Source: Terrimicrobiaceae bacterium
GTDB lineage: Bacteria; Verrucomicrobiota; Verrucomicrobiia; Chthoniobacterales; Terrimicrobiaceae
Assembly (NCBI GenBank): GCA_041752695.1
Contig: JBGSVZ010000080.1
Location: 1-51,715 of the forward strand
DNA length: 51,715 bases
Direction of reading: 5' to 3'
The notes below the pieces were generated by a model, which saw only the letters and a program-made list of their open reading frames with translations, made no database searches and was not told the origin of the DNA. The translations under genes were made by a program, and so were the position numbers. Shown piece by piece: positions 10,812 through 23,578 of the stretch (its first letter is position 1; each line of letters opens with the position of its first letter).

Positions 10812-11636
10812 CTACGATCCCCGTGACATCCGTTCCTCGCTTGGCGCCCGTTTCCAGAACCTCCGGTAGAGGCGCGAGAAGTAAAGGGGATCTTCGTACC
10901 CCACTTCGGCGGCGATGCGCTTCAGCTGCCAGGTCGAATGGTGCAACAGGTACCGCGCCTGACGCAGGCGCAGGCGTTCAATGTATCCGTGGGGGCTGCA
11001 CAGGGTCACCCGTCGGAATTGGGCGCGAAAATAGTTGGGCGTCAGTCCCGCCTCGCCATACAGCCGGTCCAGCACATTACGGCCCCGGAAATTTTTCTCC
11101 AGCCAACGCAGCATCACCTTCACCCGGGGATGAACATCCAGCGCCAGCCCGCCCGGCGCAAGGACAGCCCCTTCAAAAAACCGAACCATCATCACCTTGA
11201 GGGCCGCCTCCGCGTGGAGCACGGCCCACGGCGACTCCGGCTGGCGGGCCACCCGCAGCAGGGCCGCAAATTCCGTTTTCTCCCGCCGCAACTCCGCCGC
11301 CGGGAGGATTCGCCGCATGATACCCCGGGGCGTGTCACCGCGGCCGTCGTCGTCAAACTCACACCAGGCAATCTGGCAGGCCCCGCCGCGAGGCACGCTC
11401 CAAACCCGGCGAACCCATGCGGGAACCAGAAACTCCGTGCCCGCCTGCAGCCTGGTGGACCGGCCTTCGACGGTGTAGCGGAGTTCCCCGCGCAGAATGA
11501 GAATAAACCGGTGAGTCGTGATGATCTCGTCGCGTGTTGCCTGACCAAGATCAAAACTCCGGCGGTCGACTTTGCGGATGATCAGAGGCCGGCGCAGCCA
11601 TTCTGCCGCGCGCCCCAAATTATTTTGATTGTCCAC
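10812..11636 (-). CDS. AraC-family transcriptional regulator with N-terminal cupin domain
   Basis: C-terminal IAAEVGYEDPLYFSRLYRRFWKRAPSE; divergent from an FAD oxidoreductase. Confidence 0.9.
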   Translation of the reverse strand: MDNQNNLGRAAEWLRRPLIIRKVDRRSFDLGQATRDEIITTHRFILILRGELRYTVEGRSTRLQAGTEFLVPAWVRRVWSVPRGGACQIAWCEFDDDGRGDTPRGIMRRILPAAELRREKTEFAALLRVARQPESPWAVLHAEAALKVMMVRFFEGAVLAPGGLALDVHPRVKVMLRWLEKNFRGRNVLDRLYGEAGLTPNYFRAQFRRVTLCSPHGYIERLRLRQARYLLHHSTWQLKRIAAEVGYEDPLYFSRLYRRFWKRAPSEERMSRGS

Positions 11637-11752
11637 ATCGCGTGAGAGATTCCCGAATATTTCCGCATGAATTGTTGTTTTTCTCCATCTTTTTGTTTTT
11701 GCCTCCCATGCCTGTTCGCTCGCCTCCGGCGATGACTGTGCGAAGCTGGCGC

Positions 11753-13096
11753 ATGTCCTCCTTTCTGCACGAACCCGCCCGCGAGACTCCCGTGATGGGG
11801 GAATACGACCTCTGCGTGATTGGAGGATCCTGCACCGGCGTCTTCGCCGCGATCCGCGCGGCCCGGCTGGGTTTGTCTGTGGCCATCGTCGAACGCATGG
11901 GGTGCCTTGGCGGCGTGGCCACGCTTTCGATGGTGAATGTCTGGCACAGCCCGCTCGACGAGACCTTCGAGCGGCCGATTTTTGCGGGCCTCTCTGTCGA
12001 GTTGATGGAGCGGCTCAAAACGCGCGACGCCGTGACCGAACGCGTCGGCAGCCCGCACTGGGCGTGGTCGTTTAATGCGGCTGAGATGGAAATCGAACTG
12101 GACGAATTTGTCGCCGAACACCGGATCACCCCCTGGCTGCACAACACCTTCGCCGCGCCCCTGCTGGAGAATGGACGACTGACCGCTGTGGCGGTGGAGA
12201 ATAAATCCGGACGCGGTGCCATCCGCGCGCGCTTTTTCATCGATGCCTCCGGCGACGGGGACCTGTGCGACAGACTCGGGCTGGCCACCTATCGATCCAG
12301 CCACCGTCAGCCTTCCACGTCGTGCGCCTTGTTCAGCGGCTGGAAGTCCCTTGAGGGAATGGACTGGGGCCGTCTCGTCCGCCAGCACCGGGAAGAATTC
12401 CGCCTGCCCGACGGTTTCGCCTGGGGCGCATTCGTGCCGGGCTCCGACATCTACATGTTGGCCGGAACCCGCGTTTATGAAGACTGCTCGACTGCCGAAG
12501 GACTTGCCCGGGCGGAAATTGAAGGCCGCCGCCAGGTGCGCGCCATCCAGGACATTTTCCGCAAATATGCGCCGGATTCCCGGCTTTCCCTCCAGGGCCT
12601 GCCCGCCCGCATCGGCATCCGGGAAACCCGCCACGTGCGCTGCCTGCACCGTCTTACCGGCGATGAAGTTCTGCATGGCCGCACGTTTCCCGACGCCATT
12701 GCCAATGGCTCCTACCGCGTGGATATTCACCACCACGAAAAGCCCGGGATCACCTTCCGCTACCTCGACGGCCGCGAAAGTTACGAGCGACCCGGACTAC
12801 CGGCCGAAAAGTCGCGGTGGAGGGCAGAGACCGCCGAAAACCCCACCTTCTATCAAATTCCCTACCGGACCCTCGTGCCCGACGGTCCCTTCGACAACGT
12901 GCTGGCCGCCGGACGATTTATCGATGCCGACGAACAGGCCCACGCCGCCATCCGCGTGATGGTTAACATGAACCAGACCGGCGAGGCGGCGGGAACGGCG
13001 GCGTTTCTCGCGCTGAAACACAACCGCGCCGCCCGCGATGTGAACACGGCAGAACTCCGCGCTTCCCTCGCCGAGGGCGGCTCGATTGTCTTATGA
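11753..13096 (+). CDS. FAD-dependent oxidoreductase (FAD_oxidored family)
   Basis: VIGGSCTGVFAAIRAARLG, FIDASGDGD, GIRETR, YQIPYRTLVP, AAGRFI; start set at ATG 11753. Confidence 0.88.
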   Translation: MSSFLHEPARETPVMGEYDLCVIGGSCTGVFAAIRAARLGLSVAIVERMGCLGGVATLSMVNVWHSPLDETFERPIFAGLSVELMERLKTRDAVTERVGSPHWAWSFNAAEMEIELDEFVAEHRITPWLHNTFAAPLLENGRLTAVAVENKSGRGAIRARFFIDASGDGDLCDRLGLATYRSSHRQPSTSCALFSGWKSLEGMDWGRLVRQHREEFRLPDGFAWGAFVPGSDIYMLAGTRVYEDCSTAEGLARAEIEGRRQVRAIQDIFRKYAPDSRLSLQGLPARIGIRETRHVRCLHRLTGDEVLHGRTFPDAIANGSYRVDIHHHEKPGITFRYLDGRESYERPGLPAEKSRWRAETAENPTFYQIPYRTLVPDGPFDNVLAAGRFIDADEQAHAAIRVMVNMNQTGEAAGTAAFLALKHNRAARDVNTAELRASLAEGGSIVL

Positions 13097-13320
13097 CCAT
13101 ACGCGAAATGTGATGAAGAGTAGGAAGCCAACCAGACCGACGGCTCCGTAGCCGCCTTCGTGAAACGGTTTGATAATTAAGCCTAAAATCGGAAAATGAA
13201 TTTACGGAAGGTCACAGAGGCTGAATGGCTTGCGTCGAAAACGCCGGGAGATGACGTCCAGTTTCTAGCTGCGCCCTCCGCCAACCCGCGCGGGAAACGT
13301 CGGTCACTCCTCAAAACGGC

Positions 13321-13363
13321 AAACCGCCGCAGGTGTCCCTTCGGGAACTCTGCGGCGGTTTTT
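13321..13363. terminator. Bidirectional-type intrinsic terminator downstream of tsf
   Basis: AAACCGCCGCAG...CTGCGGCGGTTTTT inverted repeat between convergent genes. Confidence 0.75.
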
Positions 13364-13397
13364 AAACGGGGGCGCTTTCCCGCCCGGTGCCGGTGAT

Positions 13398-14003
13398 CTA
13401 ATTTCCAGCCAGATCCTCGCCCACCATGTAGCGGGTGAAGCGGCGGACGATGATGTTTTCGCCCAGTTCCGCGATTTTGGTATTCACCAGATCCTTGATC
13501 GTGAGATCGGGGTTTTTGATGAAGGCCTGCTCCAGCAGGCAGACCGTGCCGTAAAATTTGTCAATTTTGCCATCGACAATTTTGTCCACGATGTTGGCCG
13601 GTTTGCCGGTCACCTGAGCGGCGAAAATATCGCGTTCCGCGGCGATGAGGCTGTCCGGAACGTGTTCCCGGGAAACATATAGCGGATGGGAGGCCGCAAT
13701 GTGCAGGGTGATATCTTTGACAAATTCGCGGAAGATTTCGTTCTTCGCGACGAAGTCGGTTTCGCAGTTGATTTCGACCAGCACACCGACTTTGCCCTGC
13801 AAATGAATGTAAGAGGCAATGATGCCTTCCTTCGCGGCGCGGGAGGACTTTGCCCCCGCTTTTGCAATGCCTTTTTTGCGGAGCAGCTCTTCGGCCTTGG
13901 CGAGATCGCCAGCGGTTTCATCGAGTGCCTTTTTGCAATCCATCATGCCCGCGTTGGTTTTTTCGCGGAGTTCTTTGACGAGAGCGGGAGTAGTTTCAGC
14001 CAT
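13398..14003 (-). CDS. tsf: Elongation factor Ts (short, about 200-aa form)
   Basis: VKELREKTNAGMMDCKKAL, EINCETDFVA, LLEQAFIKNP. Confidence 0.97.
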   Translation of the reverse strand: MAETTPALVKELREKTNAGMMDCKKALDETAGDLAKAEELLRKKGIAKAGAKSSRAAKEGIIASYIHLQGKVGVLVEINCETDFVAKNEIFREFVKDITLHIAASHPLYVSREHVPDSLIAAERDIFAAQVTGKPANIVDKIVDGKIDKFYGTVCLLEQAFIKNPDLTIKDLVNTKIAELGENIIVRRFTRYMVGEDLAGN

Positions 14004-14144
14004 AACAATTCTAAGTTTGGGAGCCGGGCGGAGCAATAACCCTCGACCCGATTCTTTCGTTATTCTATGAGCAATGAAATTTTAAGAACCAGAGCGCGGT
14101 CTCCGGAGAACGGAGAACCGCGTCGTCCTTAAAACTTGGATTCC

Positions 14145-14879
14145 TTATTCAGAGACAGCTTCGAGATCGCTGGGAGCTGCGGTCTTGCCGCGTGCGCCCT
14201 GAGCCTGCGCAATGGCGTCCACCAGCTTTTGCAGGATGACACGAATGGAGCGGATGGCGTCGTCGTTTCCGGCAATCGGATAGTCGATTTTCTCGGGATT
14301 GCTGTTGGTGTCCACGATGGCCACGATGGGGATTTTCAAACGGGCGGCTTCGGCCACGGCAATTTCTTCGCGGGGCGTGTCGATGATGACGAGCGCGTCG
14401 GGAAGTTTGTCCATGTTGAGAACACCTTCCAGGTTGCGGAACAACTTGGTGGCTTCACGACGAAGAGCGGAGGCCTCGGCTTTGTTCAACTTGGCAAAGG
14501 CCGGGGTTTTTTCCATCTCCTGGAATTCGCGCAGACGGGCAACGCTGCGGCGGATGGTTTGAAGATTGGTGAGCGTGCCGCCCAGCCAACGTTGATTGAC
14601 CCAGAACTGTCCGGTGGCCTGCGCGGCTTCCTTGACGGCTTCCTGCGCCTGCTTTTTGGTTCCGACGAAGAGAATCTTGCCCCCACCCTTGACGAGGTCA
14701 CCCAGATAAGCCGCCGACTTGGCGAGCTGATCCACGGTGATCGAGAGATCAATGATGTAGATGGAGTTTTTCTCTTCGAGGATGAAATCCTTCATTTTAG
14801 GATTCCATCGTTTGGTCTGGTGTCCGTAATGGACGCCAGCTTCCAGAAGTTCTGTCATAATTTCGACGTTAGAAGGCAT
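14145..14879 (-). CDS. rpsB: 30S ribosomal protein S2
   Basis: LLEAGVHYGHQTKRWNPKM, RWLGGTLTN, IAGNDDAIRSI. Confidence 0.98.
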   Translation of the reverse strand: MPSNVEIMTELLEAGVHYGHQTKRWNPKMKDFILEEKNSIYIIDLSITVDQLAKSAAYLGDLVKGGGKILFVGTKKQAQEAVKEAAQATGQFWVNQRWLGGTLTNLQTIRRSVARLREFQEMEKTPAFAKLNKAEASALRREATKLFRNLEGVLNMDKLPDALVIIDTPREEIAVAEAARLKIPIVAIVDTNSNPEKIDYPIAGNDDAIRSIRVILQKLVDAIAQAQGARGKTAAPSDLEAVSE

Positions 14880-14890
14880 GGTAGTGGTTT

Positions 14891-14974
14891 AGTCAGAGAT
14901 GGAGGTGGAGGAAAGACGTATGGAGACAATATTTTCCGTCGTTTTTCCGGTTGGGTTGGTGGGCATCTCCGACT
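14891..14974 (-). promoter_or_regulatory. Structured rpoC-rpsB spacer (candidate rpsB leader)
   Basis: mRNA AGUCGGAGAUG pairs with CAUCUCUGACU (11 bp, one G-U) around an inner GGAAAAACG/CGUCUUUCC stem, ending 11 nt before the rpsB ATG. Confidence 0.45.
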
Positions 14975-14983
14975 GGTGGAGTG

Positions 14984-17900
14984 TTAGCTGGCTGCTTTGT
15001 GAGGTTCGGGTTCCGACTGGAAGGAATCGCCAATGTGGGCGATATCGATTTCGCGGTTGGTGTGGAATCCGGTGCCCGCGGGGATGAGATGCCCCATGAT
15101 GACGTTTTCCTTGAAACCGCGCAGACGGTCCACCTTGCCCAGTGTGGCGGCTTCGGTGAGAACGCGGGTGGTGTCCTGGAAAGACGCCGCGGAAATGAAG
15201 CTGTCGGTTTCGAGCGAGGCTTTGGTGATGCCAAGCAGCACGGGGCTGGCTTCGGCAGGCTTGCCGCCTTTCTCGATGACTTTTTCGTTTTCCGCTGCAA
15301 AATCCAGACGGTCCACCTGATCGCCCCAGAGCAGACTGGTGTCGCCCGGGTCGGTGATTTTCACCTTGCGCAGCATTTGGCGCACGATGATTTCGATGTG
15401 CTTGTCGTTGATCTCGACACCCTGGAGGCGGTAAACCTCCTGGACTTCGTTGAGCAGATGCTCTTGAAGCTCCTGAGGTCCGCAAACCTCGAGAATTTCG
15501 TGAGGAACGACCGGCCCCTCGGTGAGTTGCTGCCCTTTTTTCACCAGATCGCCCTTGAAGACGATGATGTGTTTCGAGAGCGGGATGAGGTGCTCTTCCT
15601 CGGCGCCGGTGTCGGCGTCCTTGACGAGCAGGCGACGCTTGCCGCGAACCGTGCCACCGATATCCACAATACCTTCGATCTTGGCGATCTCGGCTGCGTC
15701 TTTCGGGCGGCGCGCCTCGAAGAGTTCGGCCACACGCGGCAGACCGCCGGTGATGTCCTTGGTCTTCGCAATTTTGCGCGGGGTTCGGGCGAGACGGGTG
15801 CCGGCCGGAATTTTCTGGCCTTCCTTCACCTCGACGTGAGCACCAGCGGGAATCGAATAGCTGGCGAGGATTTCCTTCGCATCGCCCACGATGACGATCT
15901 GCGGGTGCAAATCCTCCTTGTGTTCGATGACGACGGTTCCCATGACGCCGGTGGCTTCGTCGACTTCCTTACGGATGGTGACGCCGGGAATCATGTCGCG
16001 GAATTCGATCTTACCGGCTTTTTCCGTGATGATCGGAACGTTGTAAGGATCCCATTGGATAAAGGTTTCCCCTTTCTTCACCGTGCCGCCGTCGGCGATG
16101 GCGATCACGGAACCGATGACAATGTTGTAGCTCTCGAGCTCGCGGCCGTCCTTGGCGTGAACGCTGCACGAACCGTTCTTGTTGAGCACCACGAAGTTTT
16201 TCTCAGTGGTTTCGACAACTTTGAGTTCGTTGAAGCGGACCGTACCTTCGTTCTTGGCCTTGATGATGGGCTGTTTGAAGGTCTGGCTCGCGGTTCCGCC
16301 CACGTGGAAGGTTCGCATGGTGAGCTGCGTGCCGGGTTCGCCGATGGATTGGGCGGCAATGATGCCGACCGCCTCGCCGAGCTTGATGTTTCCACCGGTG
16401 GCGAGGTTGCGTCCGTAACACTTGGCACAGATGCCCCGTTTCGCTTCGCAAGTGAGCGCGGAGCGAATCTTGAGCTGTTCGAGGCCGACCTTTTCCAGAG
16501 CGGTGGCCGCTTCCTCGTCCACGATCTGGCCGGATTTGACCACGGCTTTGCCGGTGACAGGATCCTTGACCGTTTCGCAGGTGGTGCGTCCGATGATGCG
16601 AGTGGAAAGGCTGACGACTTCTTCGTCCCCTTCGTAGATGGGCCGGACGACGATGCCGTTAACCGTGCCGCAATCCTCGAGGTAAATGATCACGTCCTGG
16701 GACGCGTCAACGAGTTTGCGGGTCAGGTAACCGGAGTCGGCCGTCTTGAGAGCCGTATCGGCCAGACCCTTGCGGGCGCCGTGGGTCGAGATGAAGTATT
16801 CCAACACCGACAGACCTTCGCGGAAGTTCGAAAGAATCGGCTGCTCGATGATTTCGCCGGAGGGTTTGGCCATGAGCCCGCGCATGCCGGCCAACTGCTT
16901 GACCTGGGTGCGGTTGCCTCGGGCGCCGGAATCGACCATCATGAACACGGGGTTCATTTCCTTCTTGCCGTCGTTGAATTCGAGCGTGCGGAAAAGCGCG
17001 TTGGCCAGTTCTTCGCCCGTGTGGGTCCAGATATCCTGCACTTTGTTTTTGCGCTCGCCGTCCGTGATGATACCGCGGCGGTATTGTTTTTCGACCTCGG
17101 CAATTTCCTTGTAAGCCTTCTCCAACTGGGTGGCTTTTTCCTTCGGAATGATCATGTCGGTGATTCCGATGGAGATGCCCGCCTTGGTGGCCGAGCGGAA
17201 GCCCATCTCCTTGAGACGGTCGAGGGTTTCGACTGTGCGCGCCTGGCCGACGGCTTTGTAACAACGCCAGATAACGTCGGAAAGCTGCTTCTTGCCGCAA
17301 ACCTTGTTGTAGAAACCGAGTTCTTCGGGCCAGATCTGGTTAAAGATCACGCGACCGGCAGTGGTTTCCAGGATCTTGGCTTCCTTGTTGCCGTAAACGG
17401 TATCGAGACCGAAATCCGGGTTTTTGTACCGGATGCGGGTGTGGGTGGCGACGGCCTTTTCGTCGAGGGCGAGTTCGACCTCGGAAGGATCCGCGAAAAG
17501 CGGGAGGCGACGGTCGCCCTGGTCCTCGCGCGGCTTTTGCGTGAGGTAGTAGCACCCGAGCGGAATATCCTGCGAAGGCGTGGTGATCGGCTTGCCGCTG
17601 GAAGGCGAGAAGATGTTGTTCGGAGCCAGCATAAGCATGCGGGCTTCCATCTGAGCCTCCACCGAAAGAGGCACGTGCACCGCCATCTGGTCACCGTCGA
17701 AGTCGGCGTTGTAAGCCGTACAAACGAGCGGGTGAATTCGAATGGCCTCGCCTTCGATCAACTGCGGTTCGAAAGCCTGGATCGAAAGACGGTGCAGAGT
17801 GGGCGCGCGGTTCAGAAGAACCGGGTGTCCCTTCGTGACTTCGTCGAGGATGTCCCACACTTCCGGCGTCTGGCGCTCGATGAGCTTCTTGGCGCTGCGC

Positions 17901-19084
17901 ACGGTGTGCACATGGCCCTGCTCCTTAAGGCGGCGGATGATGAAAGGCTCGAACAGAACGAGCGCCATCTTCTTGGGAAGACCGCACTGGTTGAGCTTGA
18001 GTTCGGGTCCGATGACAATGACGGAACGGCCGGAGTAATCGACGCGTTTGCCGAGAAGGTTCTGACGGAAACGGCCACCTTTGCCCTTGAGCATGTCGCT
18101 GAGGGATTTGAGAGGACGGTTGGCGGCTCCCGTGACAGCGCGGCCGTGACGGCCATTGTCGAACAGGGCGTCCACCGCTTCCTGCAGCATGCGCTTTTCG
18201 TTGCGGATGATGACTTCGGGCGTCTTGAGCTGCAACAGCGTCTTGAGACGGTTGTTGCGGTTGATGACGCGGCGATAAAGATCGTTGAGATCGGAAGTGG
18301 CGAAGCGGCCGCCTTCGAGCGGAACCAGCGGACGCAGGTCCGGAGGAATGACGGGCAGCACGTTGAGGATCATCCACTCGGGACGAGTCTTCGACGTCAT
18401 GAAGCCCTGGACGAGCTTGAGGCGCTTGGCCAGCTTCTTGCGGAGCTGCTTGCTGCGGGTCGAGCCCATCTGCACTTCGATCTCGTCGTTGAGATTCTGC
18501 AGATCCACGGCGGCGAGAAGCTTCTGAATCGCTTCGGCTCCCATGCCGGCGACGAAAGAATCGCCATACTGGTCTTCGGCCTCGCGAAATTCCGGCTCGG
18601 TGAGGAGCTGGCACTTGGTGAGAGGGGTATTGCCCGGATCGATCACGATGTAATCCTCGTAATAGATCACGCGCTCGAGCTGGCGGCTGGTCATGTCGAG
18701 CATGAGGCCGATGCGCGAAGGCATGCACTTGTAAAACCAGATGTGGGAAACCGGCACGGCGAGGTCGATGTGGCCCATGCGCTCGCGGCGCACGCGGCTC
18801 AGCGTGACTTCGACACCGCAACGATCACAAACGACACCCTTGTGTTTGATGCGTTTGTATTTTCCGCACGAGCATTCCCAATCCCGGGTGGGGCCGAAAA
18901 TACGCTCGCAGAACAAGCCGCCTTTTTCGGGCTTGAAGGTGCGGTAGTTGATGGTCTCAGGATTTTTGACTTCGCCCTTGCTCCACGCGCGGACGTTATC
19001 CGGCGCGGCAACGGTGATGCCGACTTCGTCAAATCCCAGCGCCCTCTGCTCCCCGAAGATTTCTCCGATATTCGATTCTTTCAT
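14984..19084 (-). CDS. rpoC: DNA-directed RNA polymerase beta' subunit
   Basis: [12 protein letters not shown] catalytic motif, N-terminal Zn ribbon, [13 protein letters not shown]. Confidence 0.99.
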   Translation of the reverse strand: MKESNIGEIFGEQRALGFDEVGITVAAPDNVRAWSKGEVKNPETINYRTFKPEKGGLFCERIFGPTRDWECSCGKYKRIKHKGVVCDRCGVEVTLSRVRRERMGHIDLAVPVSHIWFYKCMPSRIGLMLDMTSRQLERVIYYEDYIVIDPGNTPLTKCQLLTEPEFREAEDQYGDSFVAGMGAEAIQKLLAAVDLQNLNDEIEVQMGSTRSKQLRKKLAKRLKLVQGFMTSKTRPEWMILNVLPVIPPDLRPLVPLEGGRFATSDLNDLYRRVINRNNRLKTLLQLKTPEVIIRNEKRMLQEAVDALFDNGRHGRAVTGAANRPLKSLSDMLKGKGGRFRQNLLGKRVDYSGRSVIVIGPELKLNQCGLPKKMALVLFEPFIIRRLKEQGHVHTVRSAKKLIERQTPEVWDILDEVTKGHPVLLNRAPTLHRLSIQAFEPQLIEGEAIRIHPLVCTAYNADFDGDQMAVHVPLSVEAQMEARMLMLAPNNIFSPSSGKPITTPSQDIPLGCYYLTQKPREDQGDRRLPLFADPSEVELALDEKAVATHTRIRYKNPDFGLDTVYGNKEAKILETTAGRVIFNQIWPEELGFYNKVCGKKQLSDVIWRCYKAVGQARTVETLDRLKEMGFRSATKAGISIGITDMIIPKEKATQLEKAYKEIAEVEKQYRRGIITDGERKNKVQDIWTHTGEELANALFRTLEFNDGKKEMNPVFMMVDSGARGNRTQVKQLAGMRGLMAKPSGEIIEQPILSNFREGLSVLEYFISTHGARKGLADTALKTADSGYLTRKLVDASQDVIIYLEDCGTVNGIVVRPIYEGDEEVVSLSTRIIGRTTCETVKDPVTGKAVVKSGQIVDEEAATALEKVGLEQLKIRSALTCEAKRGICAKCYGRNLATGGNIKLGEAVGIIAAQSIGEPGTQLTMRTFHVGGTASQTFKQPIIKAKNEGTVRFNELKVVETTEKNFVVLNKNGSCSVHAKDGRELESYNIVIGSVIAIADGGTVKKGETFIQWDPYNVPIITEKAGKIEFRDMIPGVTIRKEVDEATGVMGTVVIEHKEDLHPQIVIVGDAKEILASYSIPAGAHVEVKEGQKIPAGTRLARTPRKIAKTKDITGGLPRVAELFEARRPKDAAEIAKIEGIVDIGGTVRGKRRLLVKDADTGAEEEHLIPLSKHIIVFKGDLVKKGQQLTEGPVVPHEILEVCGPQELQEHLLNEVQEVYRLQGVEINDKHIEIIVRQMLRKVKITDPGDTSLLWGDQVDRLDFAAENEKVIEKGGKPAEASPVLLGITKASLETDSFISAASFQDTTRVLTEAATLGKVDRLRGFKENVIMGHLIPAGTGFHTNREIDIAHIGDSFQSEPEPHKAAS

Positions 19085-19126
19085 AGCAACGTCTGTTGTT
19101 TCTTTGTGTTGTCTTCGTGGTTGGGA

Positions 19127-22100
19127 TCAGGCGGCTGATTCCGTGAGGGACGGTTCCTTGCCGCCGACGCGAACGTCGAGGCAGAGGCCCTTCATTTCCT
19201 TGATCAGGACGTTGAAGGATTCCGGTGTTCCCGCTTCGAGCGAGTTGTCGCCCTTGACGATGGATTCGTAGATCCGGGTGCGGCCCTGAACGTCGTCCGA
19301 TTTGACGGTGAGAAGTTCCTGCAGGGTGTAAGCCGCCCCGTAGGCCTCGAGCGCCCAGACTTCCATTTCGCCGAAGCGCTGGCCGCCGTATTGGGCTTTG
19401 CCTCCCAGCGGCTGCTGGGTGACGAGGCTGTAGGGTCCGACCGCACGGGCGTGGATCTTGTCCGCGACCAAGTGGCCGAGTTTGAGCATGTAGATGTAAC
19501 CGACCACGACCTGCTGGTCGAAGGCTTCGCCGGTGCGGCCGTCATAGACGGTCGACTTGCCGGTTTCGTTGACCCAACGGTAGTTTTCCTTGGTGCTCGC
19601 CTCGCGGAGGTATTCCTTGATTTTCTCTTCGGAGATACCGTCGAAGACGGGCGTGGCGACCTTGAATCCGAGGGCTTTGGCAGCCACACCAAGGTGGGTT
19701 TCCAAAACCTGACCGACGTTCATGCGGCTCGGCACGCCGAGCGGATTGAGCACGATGTCCACCGGAGTTCCGTCCGAGAGGTAAGGCATGTCTTCCTCGG
19801 GAACGATCTTGGCGACGACGCCTTTGTTTCCGTGGCGGCCGGCCATCTTGTCACCGACGGAAAGCTTGCGTTTGCTGGCGATGTAGACTTTGACCTGCTT
19901 GATGATGCCGGGATCCACGTCGTCACCGCTTTCGATGCGGCCGAGGTTCTGGTCTTTCTCGCGCTCGAGGTCTTCGAACCGGTGTTCGTATTGTCCGATG
20001 ATCTCGCGGATTTTGTTGCGGATCGGGCTTGGGTCGATCTCGATGTGGTCATACACGGCGGCGAGCTTGCGGAGAAGCTGCTTAGTGATCTTGCGGTTCG
20101 CCGGGATAATGATTTCGCCGGTTTGCGCGTTGACGACGTCGAGCGGAATTTTTTCGTTGAGCAGGATGTTGGAGAGCGCGGCGGTGAGCTGCTCGTGCAG
20201 ATCGTCCTTACGCTTCTTGTAGTCCTCCATGATCATCTTCTGCTGACGCTTGGACTCGGTCGGCGTCATTTTGCTGCGGGTGACCTCTTTTTTGGAGGAA
20301 ACCTTGACGTCCATCACGATGCCGTAGGTGCCCGAAGGAACGGTCAGCGAAGTGTCCTTAACGTCCGCCGCCTTTTCCCCGAAGATGGCGCGCAGGAGGC
20401 GTTCTTCGGGAGCCAGTTCGGTTTCGCTCTTCGGCGTGATCTTACCGACAAGAATGTCGCCGGGTTTGACTTCCGCACCGATGCGAATGACACCGTCGGG
20501 GCCGAGGTTTTGCAGGGCTTCTTCGCTGACGTTGGGAATATCGCGGGTGATTTCTTCGGGTCCGAGTTTGGTGTCGCGGGCACCGATTTCGAATTCGTCG
20601 ATGTGGATGGACGTGTAGATGTCTTCCTTCACCACCTTCTCGGAGATCATGATGGCATCCTCGAAGTTGTAGCCGTTCCAAGGCATGAACGCGACAAGCA
20701 CGTTGCGGCCGAGGGCGAGTTCGCCTTTTTCGGTATTAGGACCATCGGCGATCACGTCGCCCTTATTGATGACCTGGCCTTTGTGAACAATAGGCTTCTG
20801 GTTAATGCAGGTGCTGGCATTCGAGCGCATGAACTTGCGCATCTCGTAGACCCAGACGCCGTTCTCCGGATCGTTCTTGATCTTCTTTTTGCCTTCGGGC
20901 ATTTCGCCATCCTTGGTCGTGATGATGAAGCTGCCGGTGACGGAGGCCACCTTGCCAGGAGCTTCGGCCAAAATGACGGCCTTGGAATCCTGGGCAACCC
21001 GTGCTTCCAGTCCGGTGCCGACAAGCGGCGAATCGGAAATGAGGAGAGGCACACCCTGGCGTTGCATGTTCGAACCCATCAACGCACGGTTGGCGTCATC
21101 GTGTTCGAGGAACGGAATGAGGCCGGCCGCCACGGAGACGAGCTGTTTCGGCGACACATCCATGTATTGGATCTTGTCGGGCTCCACTTCCACGAAGTCA
21201 CCGCGGTAACGTGCGGAAATCTTCTCGGCCGTAAAATTCCCCTTGGCGTCCACCGTGGAATTCGCCTGGGCGATGTAGAAATTTTCGTCGCGGTCGCCGC
21301 TCAGGTAAACAACTTCGTCGCTCACCTGCGAGTTGCTCACCGTGCGGTAAGGCGTTTCGATGAAACCGAATTCGTTGACCCGCGCAAAGGTGCTCAGCGA
21401 GCTGATCAGACCGATGTTCGGACCTTCCGGCGTTTCAATCGGGCAGATGCGACCGTAATGCGAAGGATGCACGTCGCGGACTTCGAAACCTGCACGATCG
21501 CGGCTGAGGCCTCCCGGCCCAAGGGCGGAGAGACGACGTTTGTGGGTCAGTTCGGAAAGCGGGTTCGTCTGATCCATGAACTGGCTCAGCTGGGAACGGC
21601 CGAAGAAATCGCGAACGACGGCGCTGAGCGACTTCGGATTGATCAGCTTTTGCGGTGTGATCTGATCGACGCCGGCATCGAACAAAGTCATCCGCTCGCG
21701 CACCAGACGTTCGGTGCGGGCGAGGCCCACTCGGCACTGGTTGGCGAGAAGTTCGCCCACCGTCCGGACGCGGCGGCTACCGAGGTGATCGATGTCATCG
21801 GTCATCCCTTCACCGGACCGCAGATTGACCAAATATTTCATCGCGGCGATGAAGTCTTCCTTGGTGAGGATGCGCTCTTCCTCGGTGACTTTGAGACCAA
21901 GCTTCTGATTGATTTTGTGGCGACCGACGCGACCGAGATCGTAGCGCTTCGGATCGAAAAAGAGGCGCTTGAGCATGCTGCGCGCATTCTGCACAGTGGG
22001 CGGATCGCCAGGGCGCAGCTTGCGGTAGATGTCCTTGAGCGCCTCGTCTTCGTCGTGGGCTGGATCCTTTTTGAGGGACTTGATGATGGTGTCATCGTCC

Positions 22101-22921
22101 TTCGTATCCACCACTTTGACGGTCTTGTGGCCGAGAGAGAGGAGTTGACGGATCGTGGCGGCGTTCAGCGGCTCGAAAGCACGGGCAACGGTGATTTCGC
22201 CGTCCCGGACGTCTTCGATCAGAACCTTGGTGGCGACTTCTTCCTCGTCGAGGGATTCGCTGAGTTTGAGGTCAACGATCGTGTAAAAGAGCTTGATGAT
22301 GTCCTCATCGGAGGGATGACCGAGGGCGCGCAGGAACGTGGTCGCCAGAAATTTGCGGCGGCGTTTGCGACGATCAAGATAGACATAAAGCAGATCACTG
22401 GTGTCGAACTGCACTTCAATCCACGAACCGCGATCCGGGATGATGCGGAAGCCGTGGAGTAGCTTGCCGTTGAGATGAACGCTGGTCTCAAAACAGATGC
22501 CCGGGGAGCGGTGCAACTGGCTCACCACCACGCGCTCAGCGCCATTAATGACAAACGTCCCCTGCGGGGTCATGAGCGGGATCTCGCCCATGTAGACTTT
22601 TTCTTCCTTGGTGGCGCGTTCGTCCTTGTAACGGAACGTCACATAAAGAGGCGCGCTGAAAGTCTGGCCTTCGCGCTGGCACTCGATGGAAGACATCTTG
22701 GGTTCGCCAAGTTCGTAACTGACAAAATCGAGACTGGATTTTTCCTCAAACCCGAAGATCGGGAAAAATTCCTTAAACACCGCCTGCAGACCGATGGCCT
22801 TGCGTTTGGACGGATCCACATCCTTTTGGAAAAATTCGTTATAGGAATTGATCTGCAGCTCGATGAGATTCGGGGGCTGGATGGCCTCCTTGAGTTTGCC
22901 GAAGTAGATGCGTTCAGACAT
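19127..22921 (-). CDS. rpoB: DNA-directed RNA polymerase beta subunit
   Basis: [51 protein letters not shown]; start at ATG 22921. Confidence 0.99.
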   Translation of the reverse strand: MSERIYFGKLKEAIQPPNLIELQINSYNEFFQKDVDPSKRKAIGLQAVFKEFFPIFGFEEKSSLDFVSYELGEPKMSSIECQREGQTFSAPLYVTFRYKDERATKEEKVYMGEIPLMTPQGTFVINGAERVVVSQLHRSPGICFETSVHLNGKLLHGFRIIPDRGSWIEVQFDTSDLLYVYLDRRKRRRKFLATTFLRALGHPSDEDIIKLFYTIVDLKLSESLDEEEVATKVLIEDVRDGEITVARAFEPLNAATIRQLLSLGHKTVKVVDTKDDDTIIKSLKKDPAHDEDEALKDIYRKLRPGDPPTVQNARSMLKRLFFDPKRYDLGRVGRHKINQKLGLKVTEEERILTKEDFIAAMKYLVNLRSGEGMTDDIDHLGSRRVRTVGELLANQCRVGLARTERLVRERMTLFDAGVDQITPQKLINPKSLSAVVRDFFGRSQLSQFMDQTNPLSELTHKRRLSALGPGGLSRDRAGFEVRDVHPSHYGRICPIETPEGPNIGLISSLSTFARVNEFGFIETPYRTVSNSQVSDEVVYLSGDRDENFYIAQANSTVDAKGNFTAEKISARYRGDFVEVEPDKIQYMDVSPKQLVSVAAGLIPFLEHDDANRALMGSNMQRQGVPLLISDSPLVGTGLEARVAQDSKAVILAEAPGKVASVTGSFIITTKDGEMPEGKKKIKNDPENGVWVYEMRKFMRSNASTCINQKPIVHKGQVINKGDVIADGPNTEKGELALGRNVLVAFMPWNGYNFEDAIMISEKVVKEDIYTSIHIDEFEIGARDTKLGPEEITRDIPNVSEEALQNLGPDGVIRIGAEVKPGDILVGKITPKSETELAPEERLLRAIFGEKAADVKDTSLTVPSGTYGIVMDVKVSSKKEVTRSKMTPTESKRQQKMIMEDYKKRKDDLHEQLTAALSNILLNEKIPLDVVNAQTGEIIIPANRKITKQLLRKLAAVYDHIEIDPSPIRNKIREIIGQYEHRFEDLEREKDQNLGRIESGDDVDPGIIKQVKVYIASKRKLSVGDKMAGRHGNKGVVAKIVPEEDMPYLSDGTPVDIVLNPLGVPSRMNVGQVLETHLGVAAKALGFKVATPVFDGISEEKIKEYLREASTKENYRWVNETGKSTVYDGRTGEAFDQQVVVGYIYMLKLGHLVADKIHARAVGPYSLVTQQPLGGKAQYGGQRFGEMEVWALEAYGAAYTLQELLTVKSDDVQGRTRIYESIVKGDNSLEAGTPESFNVLIKEMKGLCLDVRVGGKEPSLTESAA

Positions 22922-23178
22922 GAGACGATGGTGGGTTGCGGGATGTGGGCCGATCAGCGTGGAAAGCAGGGTGCAATATCCGGACAAGACAAAGCGCCCT
23001 CACGCGAGCCCGGAAGAACTTCCAGACTCGTGCGGGGACGCAAAATAGTGGCGTTTACCGGACGATGCAGATAGCGGAGACGAGATTCGGCGGAATTGTG
23101 ATTTTGTTGCCCTCCACCGGGAACGCAAGCCGAAAATTTTTATTTATTTTCGGCCGCGTTACCGTGGGTGGCGGGAAG

Positions 23179-23559
23179 TTATTTGATTTCGACCTTGGCG
23201 CCAGCCGCTTCGATCTTCTTTTTGATCTCTTCGGCTTCTTCCTTGGTGACACCTTCCTTGAGCGCCTTGGGAGCGCTTTCGACGAGGGCTTTCGCTTCGG
23301 CGAGGCCCAGACCGGCGACAGCGGCGCGGACTTCTTTAATGACCGCGATTTTGTTTCCGCCGGCTTCGGTGAGGATGACGTCGAAGGAGGTTTTCTCTTC
23401 GGCGGCGGGGGCAGCGGCTGCTCCGCCACCAGCGGCGGCGACCGCGACAGGCGCGGCGGCGCTGACGCCCCATTTTTCTTCGAGCTGTTTCACCAGGTCA
23501 GCGATCTCCAAGACGGTGAGGCCGCTGAGCTGATCCACGAGTGTAGTTGTGTCTGCCAT
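23179..23559 (-). CDS. rplL: 50S ribosomal protein L7/L12
   Basis: [11 protein letters not shown], Ala-rich hinge, [19 protein letters not shown]. Confidence 0.98.
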   Translation of the reverse strand: MADTTTLVDQLSGLTVLEIADLVKQLEEKWGVSAAAPVAVAAAGGGAAAAPAAEEKTSFDVILTEAGGNKIAVIKEVRAAVAGLGLAEAKALVESAPKALKEGVTKEEAEEIKKKIEAAGAKVEIK

Positions 23560-23578
23560 TGTATGTATATGTGTGGTG

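Noticed and set aside
13097..13320. Spacer with an AT-rich patch, a GTAGCCGCC REP-like start and a 66-aa ORF (13196-13396)
   Set aside because: No complete palindrome, no second copy in the window, and the ORF runs through a terminator; at most a degenerate remnant.
14951..22462. Very long plus-strand ORFs (1395 aa and 1023 aa) antisense to rpoC and rpoB
   Set aside because: Shadow ORFs from high-GC codon bias on the opposite strand of conserved genes; no recognisable motifs. The same applies to most other overlapping ORFs in the track.
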